From assembly GCF_044324875.1 (NCBI RefSeq), contig NZ_CP172185.1: 64,000 bases of DNA; one strand, given 5' to 3'. Numbering within the stretch: the first letter of the stretch is position 1; each line of letters opens with the position of its first letter. Shown here one piece after another: positions 28,047 to 43,862 of the stretch. The notes under the pieces were generated by a model. It worked only from the letters and a program-made list of their open reading frames with translations. It was not told the origin of the DNA and did not search any database. This DNA comes from Escherichia coli (lineage in GTDB: Bacteria; Pseudomonadota; Gammaproteobacteria; Enterobacterales; Enterobacteriaceae). A program made the position numbers and the translations under genes.

Positions 28047-30236
28047 ATGCTTTACAAAGGCGACACCCTGTACCTTGACTGGCTGGAAGATGGCATTGCC
28101 GAACTGGTATTTGATGCCCCAGGTTCAGTTAATAAACTCGACACTGCGACCGTCGCCAGCCTCGGCGAGGCCATCGGCGTGCTGGAACAGCAATCAGATC
28201 TAAAAGGGCTACTGCTGCGTTCGAACAAAGCAGCCTTTATCGTCGGTGCTGATATCACCGAATTTTTGTCCCTGTTCCTCGTTCCTGAAGAACAGTTAAG
28301 CCAGTGGCTACATTTTGCCAATAGCGTGTTTAATCGCCTGGAAGATCTGCCGGTGCCGACCATTGCTGCCGTCAACGGCTATGCGCTGGGCGGTGGCTGC
28401 GAATGCGTGCTGGCGACCGATTATCGTCTGGCGACGCCGGATCTGCGCATCGGTCTGCCGGAAACCAAACTGGGCATCATGCCGGGCTTTGGCGGTTCTG
28501 TACGTATGCCACGTATGCTGGGCGCTGACAGTGCGCTGGAGATCATTGCCGCCGGTAAAGATGTCGGCGCGGATCAGGCGCTGAAAATCGGTTTGGTGGA
28601 TGGCGTAGTCAAAGCAGAAAAACTGGTTGAAGGCGCGAAGGCGATTTTACGTCAGGCTATTAACGGCGACCTCGACTGGAAAGCGAAACGTCAGCCGAAG
28701 CTGGAACCGCTAAAACTGAGCAAGATTGAAGCCACCATGAGCTTCACCATCGCTAAAGGGATGGTCGCACAAACAGCGGGGAAACATTATCCGGCCCCCA
28801 TCACCGCAGTAAAAACCATTGAAGCGGCGGCCCGTTTTGGTCGTGAAGAAGCCTTAAATCTGGAAAACAAAAGTTTTGTCCCGCTGGCGCATACCAACGA
28901 AGCCCGCGCACTGGTCGGCATTTTCCTTAACGATCAATATGTAAAAGGCAAAGCGAAGAAACTCACCAAAGACGTTGAAACCCCGAAACAGGCCGCGGTT
29001 CTGGGCGCAGGCATCATGGGCGGCGGCATCGCTTACCAGTCTGCGTGGAAAGGCGTGCCGGTTGTTATGAAAGATATTAACGACAAGTCGTTAGCCCTCG
29101 GCATGACCGAAGCCGCGAAACTGCTGAACAAGCAGCTTGAGCGCGGCAAGATCGATGGTCTGAAACTGGCTGGCGTGATCTCCACGATCCACCCAACGCT
29201 CGACTACGCCGGGTTTGACCGCGTGGATATTGTGGTAGAAGCGGTTGTTGAAAACCCGAAAGTGAAAAAAGCCGTACTGGCAGAAACCGAACAAAAAGTA
29301 CGCCCGGATACCGTGCTGGCGTCTAACACTTCAACCATTCCTATCAGCGAACTGGCCAACGCGCTTGAACGCCCGGAAAACTTCTGCGGGATGCACTTCT
29401 TTAACCCGGTGCACCGGATGCCGTTGGTAGAAATTATTCGCGGCGAGAAAAGCTCCGACGAAACCATCGCGAAAGTCGTCGCATGGGCGAGCAAGATGGG
29501 AAAGACGCCGATTGTGGTCAACGACTGCCCCGGCTTCTTCGTTAACCGTGTACTGTTCCCCTACTTCGCCGGATTCAGCCAGTTGCTGCGCGACGGCGCA
29601 GACTTCCGCAAGATCGACAAAGTGATGGAAAAACAGTTTGGCTGGCCGATGGGTCCGGCATATCTGCTGGACGTTGTGGGGATTGATACCGCGCATCATG
29701 CCCAGGCTGTCATGGCAGCAGGCTTCCCGCAGCGGATGCAGAAAGATTATCGCGATGCCATCGACGCGCTGTTTGATGCCAACCGCTTTGGTCAGAAGAA
29801 CGGCCTCGGTTTCTGGCGTTATAAAGAAGACAGCAAAGGTAAGCCGAAGAAAGAAGAAGACGCCGCTGTTGACGACCTGCTGGCAGAAGTGAGCCAGCCG
29901 AAGCGCGATTTCAGCGAAGAAGAGATTATCGCCCGCATGATGATCCCGATGGTCAACGAAGTGGTGCGCTGTCTGGAAGAAGGCATTATCGCCACTCCGG
30001 CAGAAGCGGATATGGCGCTGGTCTACGGCCTGGGCTTCCCTCCGTTCCACGGTGGTGCGTTCCGCTGGCTGGACACCCTCGGTAGCGCAAAATACCTCGA
30101 TATGGCACAGCAATATCAGCACCTCGGCCCGCTGTATGAAGTGCCGGAAGGTCTGCGTAATAAAGCGCGTCATAACGAACCGTACTATCCCCCGGTTGAG
30201 CCAGCCCGTCCGGTTGGCGACCTGAAAACGGCTTAA
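28047..30236 (+). CDS. fadB: Fatty acid oxidation complex alpha subunit (enoyl-CoA hydratase / 3-hydroxyacyl-CoA dehydrogenase)
   Basis: Start chosen at [12 protein letters not shown] (729 aa) behind an aggag RBS; the track ORF is extended upstream. Confidence 0.96.
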   Translation: MLYKGDTLYLDWLEDGIAELVFDAPGSVNKLDTATVASLGEAIGVLEQQSDLKGLLLRSNKAAFIVGADITEFLSLFLVPEEQLSQWLHFANSVFNRLEDLPVPTIAAVNGYALGGGCECVLATDYRLATPDLRIGLPETKLGIMPGFGGSVRMPRMLGADSALEIIAAGKDVGADQALKIGLVDGVVKAEKLVEGAKAILRQAINGDLDWKAKRQPKLEPLKLSKIEATMSFTIAKGMVAQTAGKHYPAPITAVKTIEAAARFGREEALNLENKSFVPLAHTNEARALVGIFLNDQYVKGKAKKLTKDVETPKQAAVLGAGIMGGGIAYQSAWKGVPVVMKDINDKSLALGMTEAAKLLNKQLERGKIDGLKLAGVISTIHPTLDYAGFDRVDIVVEAVVENPKVKKAVLAETEQKVRPDTVLASNTSTIPISELANALERPENFCGMHFFNPVHRMPLVEIIRGEKSSDETIAKVVAWASKMGKTPIVVNDCPGFFVNRVLFPYFAGFSQLLRDGADFRKIDKVMEKQFGWPMGPAYLLDVVGIDTAHHAQAVMAAGFPQRMQKDYRDAIDALFDANRFGQKNGLGFWRYKEDSKGKPKKEEDAAVDDLLAEVSQPKRDFSEEEIIARMMIPMVNEVVRCLEEGIIATPAEADMALVYGLGFPPFHGGAFRWLDTLGSAKYLDMAQQYQHLGPLYEVPEGLRNKARHNEPYYPPVEPARPVGDLKTA

Positions 30237-31409
<1,173 letters not shown>

Positions 31410-31414
31410 CCACT

Positions 31415-31528
31415 TGCCGGATGCGGCGTGAACGCCTTATCCGGTCTACCGATCCTGCACCAATGTAGGCCTGATAAGACGCGCCAGCGTCGCATCAGGC
31501 ATCGTGTGCCGAATGCCGGATGCGACAT
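31415..31528. repeat. BIME/REP cluster
   Basis: Several gccggatgcg...cgcatcaggc type REP units between convergent fadA and fre. Confidence 0.75.
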
Positions 31529-31569
31529 AGATCTAAATGCCACTGTATAAAGTTTTAGTTGCCGTTCTT

Positions 31570-31594
31570 CCCGCCTGTCAGGGGCGGGTTTTTT
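31570..31594 (+). terminator. Intrinsic terminator
   Basis: cccgcc tgtcagg ggcggg hairpin followed by tttttt. Confidence 0.6.
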
Positions 31595-31599
31595 ATATC

Positions 31600-32301
31600 T
31601 CAGATAAATGCAAACGCATCGCCAAACAGGCGATCTTCCCGCGCATTACGCTCACTGCAAAACAGATCACGGGCGATTTTCGCCATCTCAAAACGTCCGG
31701 CAATATAGATATCATGCTCTGCCAGCGTACCGTGATCCTGCAATACCGCCGTTAACACAGTGCCAGTACGCCCACGCCAGCCCGCTTCCGGTTGTTCAAC
31801 CACCGGCACCACTTGCAACCCTGGATGCTTAAGCGAAAGCGCCTCAAGCTCGGAGAGATCATAAAGATGCTGCTCTTCACGCCCGCCCCAGTAAATGGTG
31901 ATATCACGGTTTGGGTTACGCGCCAGCGCCGTCAGCAAAATCGAGCGCGCATAAGAGAACCCGGTGCCGCCCGCAATCAAAATCATCGGACGCTCTTCAT
32001 CATCGCGCAGCCACGCTTCTCCGTGGGGAATATCGACCACGATTTGATGATCTTTGAGGATGCGGTCCATGACTGCTTTCGCGTAAAGGTTGATTTCAGA
32101 AGCGCCAATATGCAGCTCGATGAAACCTTTTTCATCCGGCGTCGAAGCCATTGAGAACGGACGTTTGTCGCGCTCATCCATCACTACCATCAAATACTGA
32201 CCAGCACGAAAAGAAAAGGCCGCGTCTGGTACGATTCGGACACGATATACGGTATCCGTGATAGCTTCTACCGAGGTCACTTTACAGCTTAAGGTTGTCA
32301 T
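31600..32301 (-). CDS. fre: NAD(P)H-flavin reductase
   Basis: Start chosen at [21 protein letters not shown] (233 aa). Confidence 0.93.
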   Translation of the reverse strand: MTTLSCKVTSVEAITDTVYRVRIVPDAAFSFRAGQYLMVVMDERDKRPFSMASTPDEKGFIELHIGASEINLYAKAVMDRILKDHQIVVDIPHGEAWLRDDEERPMILIAGGTGFSYARSILLTALARNPNRDITIYWGGREEQHLYDLSELEALSLKHPGLQVVPVVEQPEAGWRGRTGTVLTAVLQDHGTLAEHDIYIAGRFEMAKIARDLFCSERNAREDRLFGDAFAFI

Positions 32302-32346
32302 GCGCTTTCTCTGTCGGATCGATAAATAGGGCAAAACAAACGCGCA

Positions 32347-33840
32347 TCAGGCGCTTTTACCGTTGTTAAAAATAGCCAGTTCATCCCAGATGGCGTCAAT
32401 ATGCGCGACAACATCCGGATCTTTTTTGATGGGACGTCCCCATTCACGCTGGGTTTCCCCTGGCCATTTATTCGTGGCATCCAGCCCCATTTTTGAACCC
32501 AGCCCGGACACAGGCGAGGCAAAATCCAGATAATCAATAGGCGTATTTTCGACCAGCACCGTGTCCCGCGCCGGGTCCATACGGGTGGTAATCGCCCAAA
32601 TCACATCGTTCCAGTCGCGTGCGTTGACGTCATCATCGCAAACGATCACAAATTTAGTGTACATAAACTGGCGTAAGAACGACCAGACGCCCATCATGAC
32701 GCGCTTCGCGTGTCCGGCGTACTGTTTTTTGATCGTCACTACCGCCAGGCGATAAGAGCAGCCTTCCGGCGGCAGGTAAAAATCGACAATTTCCGGGAAC
32801 TGTTTTTGCAGAATCGGCACAAACACTTCGTTCAGTGCGACACCCAGCACCGCAGGTTCATCCGGCGGACGCCCGGTATAGGTGGAATGATAAATCGCAT
32901 CTTCACGCTGGGTAATATGCGTCACAGTAAATACCGGGAAACTATCGACTTCGTTATAGTAACCGGTGTGGTCGCCATACGGCCCTTCCGGCGCAGTTTC
33001 GCCTTGTTCGATATACCCTTCCAGCACAATCTCCGCACTGGCGGGCACTTCAAGGTCATTGGAAATACACTTTACTACTTCGGTTTTGGTGCCGCGTAGC
33101 AATCCGGCAAACGCATACTCTGAAAGCGTATCCGGAACGGGGGTGACTGCACCGAGAATCGTGGCGGGATCGGCACCCAGCGCCACAGAAACCGGGAAAC
33201 GTTCGCCCGGATGCGCCACACACCACTCCTGATAATCCAGCGCGCCGCCGCGATGCGACAGCCAGCGCATAATCAGTTTGTTTTTACCAATCAGCTGCTG
33301 GCGATAAATGCCCAGATTCTGCCGCTCTTTATGCGGGCCGCGCGTCACTGTCAGCCCCCAGGTAATCAGCGGCGCGGCATCTTCCGGCCAGCAGGTCATA
33401 ATGGGGATACGGTGAAGATCGACGTCATCGCCGGAGATAATTTTTTGCTGACACGGCGCACCACGCAGTCGCTTTGTCGGCATGTTCAATACTTGCTTGA
33501 ACTGCGGCAGTTTATCAAACAGGTCGCGGAAACCTTTTGGCGGCTCCGGCTCTTTCAGAAACGCCAATAATTTACCAACTTCACGCAGCGCCGAAACATC
33601 TTCCTGCCCCATGCCCATCGCCACGCGCTTTGGCGTACCGAACAGGTTGCACAGCACCGGCATTGAGTAGCCTTTAGGGTTTTCGAACAACAGCGCAGGC
33701 CCACCGGCACGCAAAGTGCGGTCAGCAATTTCAGTGATTTCCAGATGCGGATCCACCGGGAGCGTGATACGTTTTAGCTCACCCTGCTGTTCAAGCAGCG
33801 TCAGGAAGTCGCGTAAATCGTTATATTTCATGGCGTCCAT
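32347..33840 (-). CDS. ubiD: 3-octaprenyl-4-hydroxybenzoate decarboxylase
   Basis: 497-aa [28 protein letters not shown]... Confidence 0.96.
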   Translation of the reverse strand: MDAMKYNDLRDFLTLLEQQGELKRITLPVDPHLEITEIADRTLRAGGPALLFENPKGYSMPVLCNLFGTPKRVAMGMGQEDVSALREVGKLLAFLKEPEPPKGFRDLFDKLPQFKQVLNMPTKRLRGAPCQQKIISGDDVDLHRIPIMTCWPEDAAPLITWGLTVTRGPHKERQNLGIYRQQLIGKNKLIMRWLSHRGGALDYQEWCVAHPGERFPVSVALGADPATILGAVTPVPDTLSEYAFAGLLRGTKTEVVKCISNDLEVPASAEIVLEGYIEQGETAPEGPYGDHTGYYNEVDSFPVFTVTHITQREDAIYHSTYTGRPPDEPAVLGVALNEVFVPILQKQFPEIVDFYLPPEGCSYRLAVVTIKKQYAGHAKRVMMGVWSFLRQFMYTKFVIVCDDDVNARDWNDVIWAITTRMDPARDTVLVENTPIDYLDFASPVSGLGSKMGLDATNKWPGETQREWGRPIKKDPDVVAHIDAIWDELAIFNNGKSA

Positions 33841-33961
33841 TGTAGCCTCTTAATCTGCGCCCATTATACGGCGTTCATCTTTGCGATTCTGTAAATTTGT
33901 TAAATTAGCGTGAACTCTGACGGTATAACGCAAACTGGGGAATATAATTAACTTAGCGTAA

Positions 33962-35274
<1,313 letters not shown>

Positions 35275-35315
35275 CCTGTACTCCATATGACAACCGCCCT
35301 GACGGGCGGTTGAGT

Positions 35316-36092
35316 TTATTCTTTAGTTTTTTCGCTTTCTGCTTCAGCGTCGTTTTCTTCTTCCCGGTTTCGGCCCTTACCAACGTAAAAGCGTGAGAAG
35401 AAGACACCGATTTCAAACAGACAGTACATCGGGATCGCCAACAGCGTTTGCGAGAAGACATCCGGCGGCGTCAGCAGCATCCCGACAACAAATGCGCCAA
35501 CCAGCACATACGGACGTTTTTTGCGTAAGTCTTCTGGCGAGGTAATTCCCATCCAGCACAGCAGCACAATTGCCACCGGCACTTCAAAGGAGACACCAAA
35601 CGCCATAAACAGCGCCATAACGAAGCTTAAATAGCTGGCGATGTCGGTGGATACCTGTACCCCTTCCGGCGCGGTATTGGCAAGGAAGCCAAATGCCAGC
35701 GGAAAGACCACAAAGTAGGCGAACGCCATGCCGATATAAAACAACAGAGAGCTGGAAACCAGCAGCGGCACCACCAGGCGACGTTCATGCTTATACAGCG
35801 CTGGGGCGATAAACGCCCACACCTGATAGAGAATCACCGGCGCTGACAGAATCAGCGACACCATAAAGGTCAGCTTGATCGGCGTAAAGAACGGCGAGGC
35901 CACGTCGGTGGCGATCATCGTTGAACCTTGCGGCAACTGCTTGATCAATGGAGCGGATACCAGGTGATAGATGTCATTGGCGAAATAGACCAGACACAGG
36001 AATATCACGATCACCGCGATAATGCAGTTCAGCAGACGCTTACGCAGCTCAATCAGATGCGTGATAAGCGGTTGAGTATCTTCTACAGACAT
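35316..36092 (-). CDS. tatC: Twin-arginine translocase subunit TatC
   Basis: 258-aa polytopic membrane ORF. Confidence 0.96.
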   Translation of the reverse strand: MSVEDTQPLITHLIELRKRLLNCIIAVIVIFLCLVYFANDIYHLVSAPLIKQLPQGSTMIATDVASPFFTPIKLTFMVSLILSAPVILYQVWAFIAPALYKHERRLVVPLLVSSSLLFYIGMAFAYFVVFPLAFGFLANTAPEGVQVSTDIASYLSFVMALFMAFGVSFEVPVAIVLLCWMGITSPEDLRKKRPYVLVGAFVVGMLLTPPDVFSQTLLAIPMYCLFEIGVFFSRFYVGKGRNREEENDAEAESEKTKE

Positions 36093-36094
36093 GT

Positions 36095-36610
36095 TTACGG
36101 TTTATCACTCGACGAAGGGGAAGGTGCAGCGGTTTTCGGTTCAGCGTCCGCAGCAGGTTTTACCACCGGCTCTGGCGTGGTTTCTGGCTTCTGTTCCGGC
36201 GAACTGGCCTGCGTTTGTGCAGCAGCAGGCGTTACGCCTTCATGCGCAGCTTCATTGTCTTTCACCACCGGGTTGTGGATGGTGTGCGCTTCATCACTCG
36301 CCTTTTCAGGATCGTTTGCAACGTAGGAACGCTTCATCGACTCCGCGGCCTGGCGTAGTTCATCCATCGACGCTTTCAGTTCGGGCGTCAGGTTAGTGAG
36401 GCTCGCCTTTTCAACCTTTTTCAGACTGTCCTGAAACTCCTGGAGTTTTAACTCCTGGGTCAGTTCGTTCTGCACCGTTGTCGCCAGTGAACGCAACGCG
36501 CGAATCCAGCCCGCGACCGTTTTTACCGCCACAGGCAGTCGTTGCGGCCCCAGAACGACGAGGCCGATGATGAATACCAATAGCAGTTCGCTAAAACCGA
36601 TATCAAACAC
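36095..36610 (-). CDS. tatB: Twin-arginine translocase subunit TatB
   Basis: 171-aa [29 protein letters not shown]... Confidence 0.96.
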
Positions 36611-36613
36611 GGA

Positions 36614-36883
36614 TTACACCTGCTCTTTATCGTGGCGCTTCGCGTCTTCTGTTTTAGCCTGTTCCTGATTCGTATCCGCCTGCTTATCGGCGATAGTTTT
36701 CGCAGTAAAATCAGCATCCTGACTGGTTTTATCCTGCTTTGGTTCATCATCGCTCATTGCTTTTTTAAAGCCTTTGATCGACGCACCAAGATCGGAACCG
36801 ATGGAGCCGAGCTTTTTGGTGCCAAAAAGCAGTACAACGATGACGGCAATAATCAATAACTGCCAAATACTGATACCACCCAT
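36614..36883 (-). CDS. tatA: Twin-arginine translocase subunit TatA
   Basis: Start chosen at [27 protein letters not shown] (89 aa). Confidence 0.95.
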   Translation of the reverse strand: MGGISIWQLLIIAVIVVLLFGTKKLGSIGSDLGASIKGFKKAMSDDEPKQDKTSQDADFTAKTIADKQADTNQEQAKTEDAKRHDKEQV

Positions 36884-36961
36884 ACATGTTCCTCTGTGGT
36901 AGATGATGATTAAACAAGGCCGCATTATACGTTACACGGCCCGCCTTGAGCGATGAAAAAA

Positions 36962-39204
<2,243 letters not shown>

Positions 39205-39217
39205 TTCCGGTCTCCTG

Positions 39218-39973
39218 TCAGAACTTATAACCACGATGCAACGCCACAACCCCTGCCGTCAGATTGTAGTAGTCGACACTTTCGAATCCGGCATCCTGCA
39301 TCATGGCTTTCAGGGTATCCTGATCGGGATGCATACGGATGGATTCTGCCAGATAACGATAGCTGTCGGCGTCGTTCGCGACCAGTGAGCCAATACGCGG
39401 CAGCACATGGAAGGAGTATGCATCATAGGCTTTGCTCAGCGGCTCGATAATTGGCTTCGAGAACTCAAGCACCAGCAGGCGGCCGCCGGGTTTCAGCACG
39501 CGATACATTGAACGCAGTGCTTTATCTTTGTCGGTGACGTTACGCAGACCAAACGAAATGGTGATGCAATCAAAGGTGTTATCCGGGAACGGCAGCGCCT
39601 CAGCGTTCGCTTGAACATACTCAACGTTGCCAATCACACCGATATTACGCAGCTTCTCGCGTCCCATTTTGAGCATGGATTCATTGATATCAGCAAGGAC
39701 CACTTTGCCAGTTTCTCCGACCAGGCGGGAGAATTTCGCTGTCAGGTCGCCGGTGCCACCAGCCAGATCCAGCACGGTCTGCCCACGGCGTACGCCGCTG
39801 CAATCAATCGTGAATCGCTTCCACAAACGATGAATACCAAATGACATCAAATCATTCATGACATCGTATTTTGATGCCACGGAATGGAAAACGTGGGCGA
39901 CCATATCCGCTTTTTGTTCCTTCGCGACGGTCTGAAAACCAAAGTGCGTCGTTTCTTGTGACTTATCCACCAT
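39218..39973 (-). CDS. ubiE: Ubiquinone/menaquinone C-methyltransferase
   Basis: 251-aa ORF with SAM-binding motif [10 protein letters not shown]. Confidence 0.96.
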
Positions 39974-40067
39974 CTCAATGCCTGCTCATCAAAAAATTGT
40001 TCCAGAAGTGTAACAGATTGGGCGTCGATGCCCTAGATTTCTACCCGGCTTAACTACCCCCAATGGG

Positions 40068-41495
40068 CTAGCGCGACTGCTGATTATATTCATCATCGCG
40101 TTGATAAGCTTCATCATTCGGCTGCCCAGGAACCGACCGAAGTCGATACTCTTCATCCTGGCTCACCGCCTGTTCAGCCAAATCCGGGTTAATCTCGCGT
40201 TTAATTTCTACCCCTAAACCGCGAAACGCTTCTGCCTGCGCCAGCACATTTCCGCGACCTGAAGAGAGTTTTTTCATCGCCTGGCGATAGTTATCCTGCG
40301 CTTTGTCCAGACTTTGACCAATCGCGGACATATCATCAATAAACAGACGCATCTTGTCGTACAGCTTGCTGGCGCGATCGGCGATTTGCTGGGCGTTACG
40401 GCTTTGATGCTCATAACGCCAAAGGTTGGCGATAGTACGCAACGCCACCAGCAGCGTGGTGGGGCTAACCAGCATTATGTTGTTCTTTAATGCTTCGGTG
40501 ATCAGCTCCGGCTGGCGATCAAGCGCCAGTAAAAAAGCGGGTTCCACAGGGATAAACATCAGCACGTAATCCAGCGTTCGTAGCCCCGGCAGCTGTTGAT
40601 AGTCTTTGCGCCCAAGCAAGCGGATGTGATTACGTACCGAAGCAATATGCTCCTGCAATGCGCTTTCGCGTGTGTAGTCGTCTTCCGCGTTGAAGTAGCG
40701 TTCATAGGCGACCAGCGTCATTTTGGCATCGATCACCACATCTTTCCCCTGCGGTAGCCGCACGATGACATCCGGCTGCATCCGCGAGCGAGCGTCATTT
40801 TCGATGCTGACCTGGGTTTCGTATTCATACCCTTCACGCAGTCCGGAAGCCTCCAGCACCCGCGTCAGTACCACTTCGCCCCAGTTCCCCTGGGTTTTGT
40901 TATCGCCTTTCAGCGCGCGGGTCAGGTTGATCGCTTCCTGGGCCATTTGCGCGTTGAGCTGCTGGAGATTGCGAATTTCGTGGGTCAGGGTATGGCGTTC
41001 TTGTGCTTCTTTACCAAAGCTGTCCTGAACCTGACGGCGGAAACCGTCCAGTTGTTCACGTAGCGGCGACAACAGGCTGTTCAGACTCTGACGGTTTTGC
41101 TCATCAACCCGGCGATTGCTGTGCTCAAAAATACGGTTGGCGAGGTTTTCAAACTGCTCACTGAGGCGCTGCTCGCTGTTAATCATCTGGCGAATTTTAT
41201 CGTCAGCATGTTGCTGTGCGGCTTCCATCCGCGTGGTTACTTCACGCAGATCGGCCTCCAGAGAGGTGTTAATACTTTGCAGGCTGCGCACTTCGTTATT
41301 GAGTAACTCGCACTCAGCGCGCCAGTGCTCGCTTTGGGTAATTTGTTGTTTTGCCGCGCTTAACTCCGCGACCATCTCTTCACGTTCAGCTAATTGCTCG
41401 GCTTTTTGCTGCGCATGTTGATAACTGGCAAACAGCCAGCCAATTGCCACACCCACCAACGCAATAACTGCGTAAACCATGATTGAGAAATCCAC
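40068..41495 (-). CDS. rmuC: DNA recombination protein RmuC
   Basis: 475-aa ORF with N-terminal TM segment and long coiled-coil region. Confidence 0.93.
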   Translation of the reverse strand: MDFSIMVYAVIALVGVAIGWLFASYQHAQQKAEQLAEREEMVAELSAAKQQITQSEHWRAECELLNNEVRSLQSINTSLEADLREVTTRMEAAQQHADDKIRQMINSEQRLSEQFENLANRIFEHSNRRVDEQNRQSLNSLLSPLREQLDGFRRQVQDSFGKEAQERHTLTHEIRNLQQLNAQMAQEAINLTRALKGDNKTQGNWGEVVLTRVLEASGLREGYEYETQVSIENDARSRMQPDVIVRLPQGKDVVIDAKMTLVAYERYFNAEDDYTRESALQEHIASVRNHIRLLGRKDYQQLPGLRTLDYVLMFIPVEPAFLLALDRQPELITEALKNNIMLVSPTTLLVALRTIANLWRYEHQSRNAQQIADRASKLYDKMRLFIDDMSAIGQSLDKAQDNYRQAMKKLSSGRGNVLAQAEAFRGLGVEIKREINPDLAEQAVSQDEEYRLRSVPGQPNDEAYQRDDEYNQQSR

Positions 41496-41586
41496 AACGC
41501 CTCCTGACGCAACAACTTACCCGCACAAAATAGAATTGTGCTGTACAAACGTCCAGTTGGAAAGGCATTTCCTGCGAGGCGCTACG

Positions 41587-41618
41587 CAAAAATACAAAAG
41601 GCCGAACGCGTCGGCCTT
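41587..41618 (-). terminator. Intrinsic terminator downstream of udp
   Basis: aggccgacgcgttcggcct hairpin followed by a TTTTGTATTTTT run on the minus strand. Confidence 0.6.
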
Positions 41619-41635
41619 CAGACAGGAGAAGAGGA

Positions 41636-42397
41636 TTACAGCAGACGACGCGCCGCTTCCACCACGATTTTCACCGCTTGGCTTTCAGTTTGTTTCATCG
41701 TCTCAGCATTCGGGATCTCTTGCTGGGTGCGGTTAACGATAACGCCCGCCACCATACCCGCACGCAGGCCCTGACTTGCACACATGGTCAGCAGGGTTGC
41801 AGATTCCATTTCATAGTTCATTACGCCCATCGCCTGCCACTCTTCCATAGAACCTTTAAAGTGACGAACTACGCGACCAGAGTAAGTATCGTAACGTTCC
41901 TGGCCTGGGTAGAAGGTATCAGAAGAAGCCGTCACGCCAACGTGAGTCGTCGCGCCAATGGATTTCGCCGCTTCAACCAGCGCAGTCGTACATTCGAAAT
42001 CAGCGACAGCCGGGAATTCCAGCGGTGCGAAGTGCAAGCTCGCGCCATCCAGACGAACAGACGCCGTGGTAACCAGAACATCGCCAACATTAATATGCGG
42101 CTGAATAGCGCCCGTTGTACCGATACGCAGGAAGGTGCGAATGCCCAGCTGTGCCAGCTCTTCAACAGCAATAGAGGTAGACGGGCCGCCGATACCGGTA
42201 GAGCAGACGATAACAGGTTTACCATCCAGCTCTGCACGCCAGGTGGCGAATTCGCGGTGAGATGCCAGCTTAACCGGCTTATCCATCAGCGCGGCGATCT
42301 TTTCCACACGATCCGGGTCGCCAGGGACGATGGCAAGCGTAGCCCCTTGTAAATCGTTTTTAGTGAGGCCGAGATGAAAAACATCAGACTTGGACAT
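41636..42397 (-). CDS. udp: Uridine phosphorylase
   Basis: Start chosen at [31 protein letters not shown] (253 aa). Confidence 0.96.
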   Translation of the reverse strand: MSKSDVFHLGLTKNDLQGATLAIVPGDPDRVEKIAALMDKPVKLASHREFATWRAELDGKPVIVCSTGIGGPSTSIAVEELAQLGIRTFLRIGTTGAIQPHINVGDVLVTTASVRLDGASLHFAPLEFPAVADFECTTALVEAAKSIGATTHVGVTASSDTFYPGQERYDTYSGRVVRHFKGSMEEWQAMGVMNYEMESATLLTMCASQGLRAGMVAGVIVNRTQQEIPNAETMKQTESQAVKIVVEAARRLL

Positions 42398-42522
42398 ATA
42401 CAACTCCTCTGTGAATCGGTTTAGTCAGAAGAAGCAAAAAGACACTTTACCGAAGGGTTTAACATTTTTTCGTGACACTCATCACCATGACGCAAATGCG
42501 TTGCATAAATTTACCCAGCAAA

Positions 42523-42540
42523 AGTGATGCAAATCACATA
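42523..42540 (-). promoter_or_regulatory. Candidate CRP site in the udp promoter
   Basis: Minus-strand aTGTGAtttgcaTCACt fits TGTGA-N6-TCACA; udp is known to be CRP/CytR controlled. Confidence 0.45.
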
Positions 42541-42658
42541 AATCACTCTTCATTCTGCAGGACTGCATAAAAGATGAGCCGATTCAGGCAATGTGATTTG
42601 TTGCATGCTGACTATAGTTAACATTGCGCAACATTTTTATAAGGGTACGGAGAATACC

Positions 42659-43471
42659 ATGGCAACAACACAACAATCTGGATTTGCACCTGCTGCATCG
42701 CCTCTCGCTTCGACCATCGTTCAGACCCCGGACGACGCGATTGCGGCGGGCTTCACCTCTATCCCCTCACAAGGGGATAACATGCCTGCTTACCATGCCA
42801 GACCAAAGCAGAGCGATGGCCCACTGCCAGTGGTCATTGTAGTGCAGGAAATTTTTGGCGTGCATGAACATATCCGCGACATTTGTCGCCGTCTGGCGCT
42901 GGAGGGGTATCTGGCTATCGCACCTGAACTTTACTTCCGCGAAGGCGATCCGAATGATTTTGCCGATATCCCCACGTTACTTAGCGGTCTGGTAGCAAAA
43001 GTGCCTGACTCGCAGGTGCTGGCCGATCTCGATCATGTCGCCAGTTGGGCTTCCCGCAACGGCGGCGATGTACATCGTTTAATGATCACCGGATTCTGCT
43101 GGGGGGGACGTATCACCTGGCTGTATGCTGCGCATAACCCGCAACTGAAAGCGGCGGTGGCATGGTACGGCAAACTGACAGGCGATAAGTCGCTGAATTC
43201 ACCGAAACAACCTGTTGATATCGCAACCGATCTTAACGCGCCGGTTCTCGGCTTATATGGTGGTCAGGATAACAGCATTCCGCAGGAGAGCGTTGAAACC
43301 ATGCGCCAGGCGCTGCGGGCTGCTAATGCGAAAGCAGAGATTATCGTCTACCCGGATGCCGGGCATGCATTCAACGCCGATTATCGCCCGAGCTATCATG
43401 CCGAATCTGCGAAAGATGGCTGGCAGCGTATGCTGGAGTGGTTTAAGCAGTATGGTGGGAAGCGGAATTAG
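42659..43471 (+). CDS. ysgA: Putative dienelactone hydrolase family protein
   Basis: Start chosen at MATTQQSGFAPAAS (271 aa); alpha/beta hydrolase motifs (GFCWGG). Confidence 0.9.
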   Translation: MATTQQSGFAPAASPLASTIVQTPDDAIAAGFTSIPSQGDNMPAYHARPKQSDGPLPVVIVVQEIFGVHEHIRDICRRLALEGYLAIAPELYFREGDPNDFADIPTLLSGLVAKVPDSQVLADLDHVASWASRNGGDVHRLMITGFCWGGRITWLYAAHNPQLKAAVAWYGKLTGDKSLNSPKQPVDIATDLNAPVLGLYGGQDNSIPQESVETMRQALRAANAKAEIIVYPDAGHAFNADYRPSYHAESAKDGWQRMLEWFKQYGGKRN

Positions 43472-43862
43472 TTTCCTCTTAGTCTATATTTGAGATGGTG
43501 AGTGAACGAGTGCGTTTTGCTGCCATCTCTGTCCCCCAAAAAATAATCAGTATGAATTGATTGGAGAGCACGACTCCGCTATTTGACCTTAAGAAAGTCG
43601 GCAAGTAATAGTCATAAGTGAGTCTCTTCACTGGCAGACACCTTAGAGATTTACCATCAACTCCCATTCTCAAACAAACATTAATTATTATCAACACATT
43701 CACATTAATTATAAATTATCTCAGACCTTCCTGATAAAAAGATATTAAAGTGAAACATTTTGTTTTTCACATTTTAGTTCATCCCTTTTAGGCGTAAATA
43801 AAGGTAAAAAATAACAATACTATTTTTCTTTCACAAAAGAATTAACAAAAGGTTTTTCAAGG

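Noticed and set aside
41678-42352. 224-aa + strand ORF
   Set aside because: Antisense to udp.
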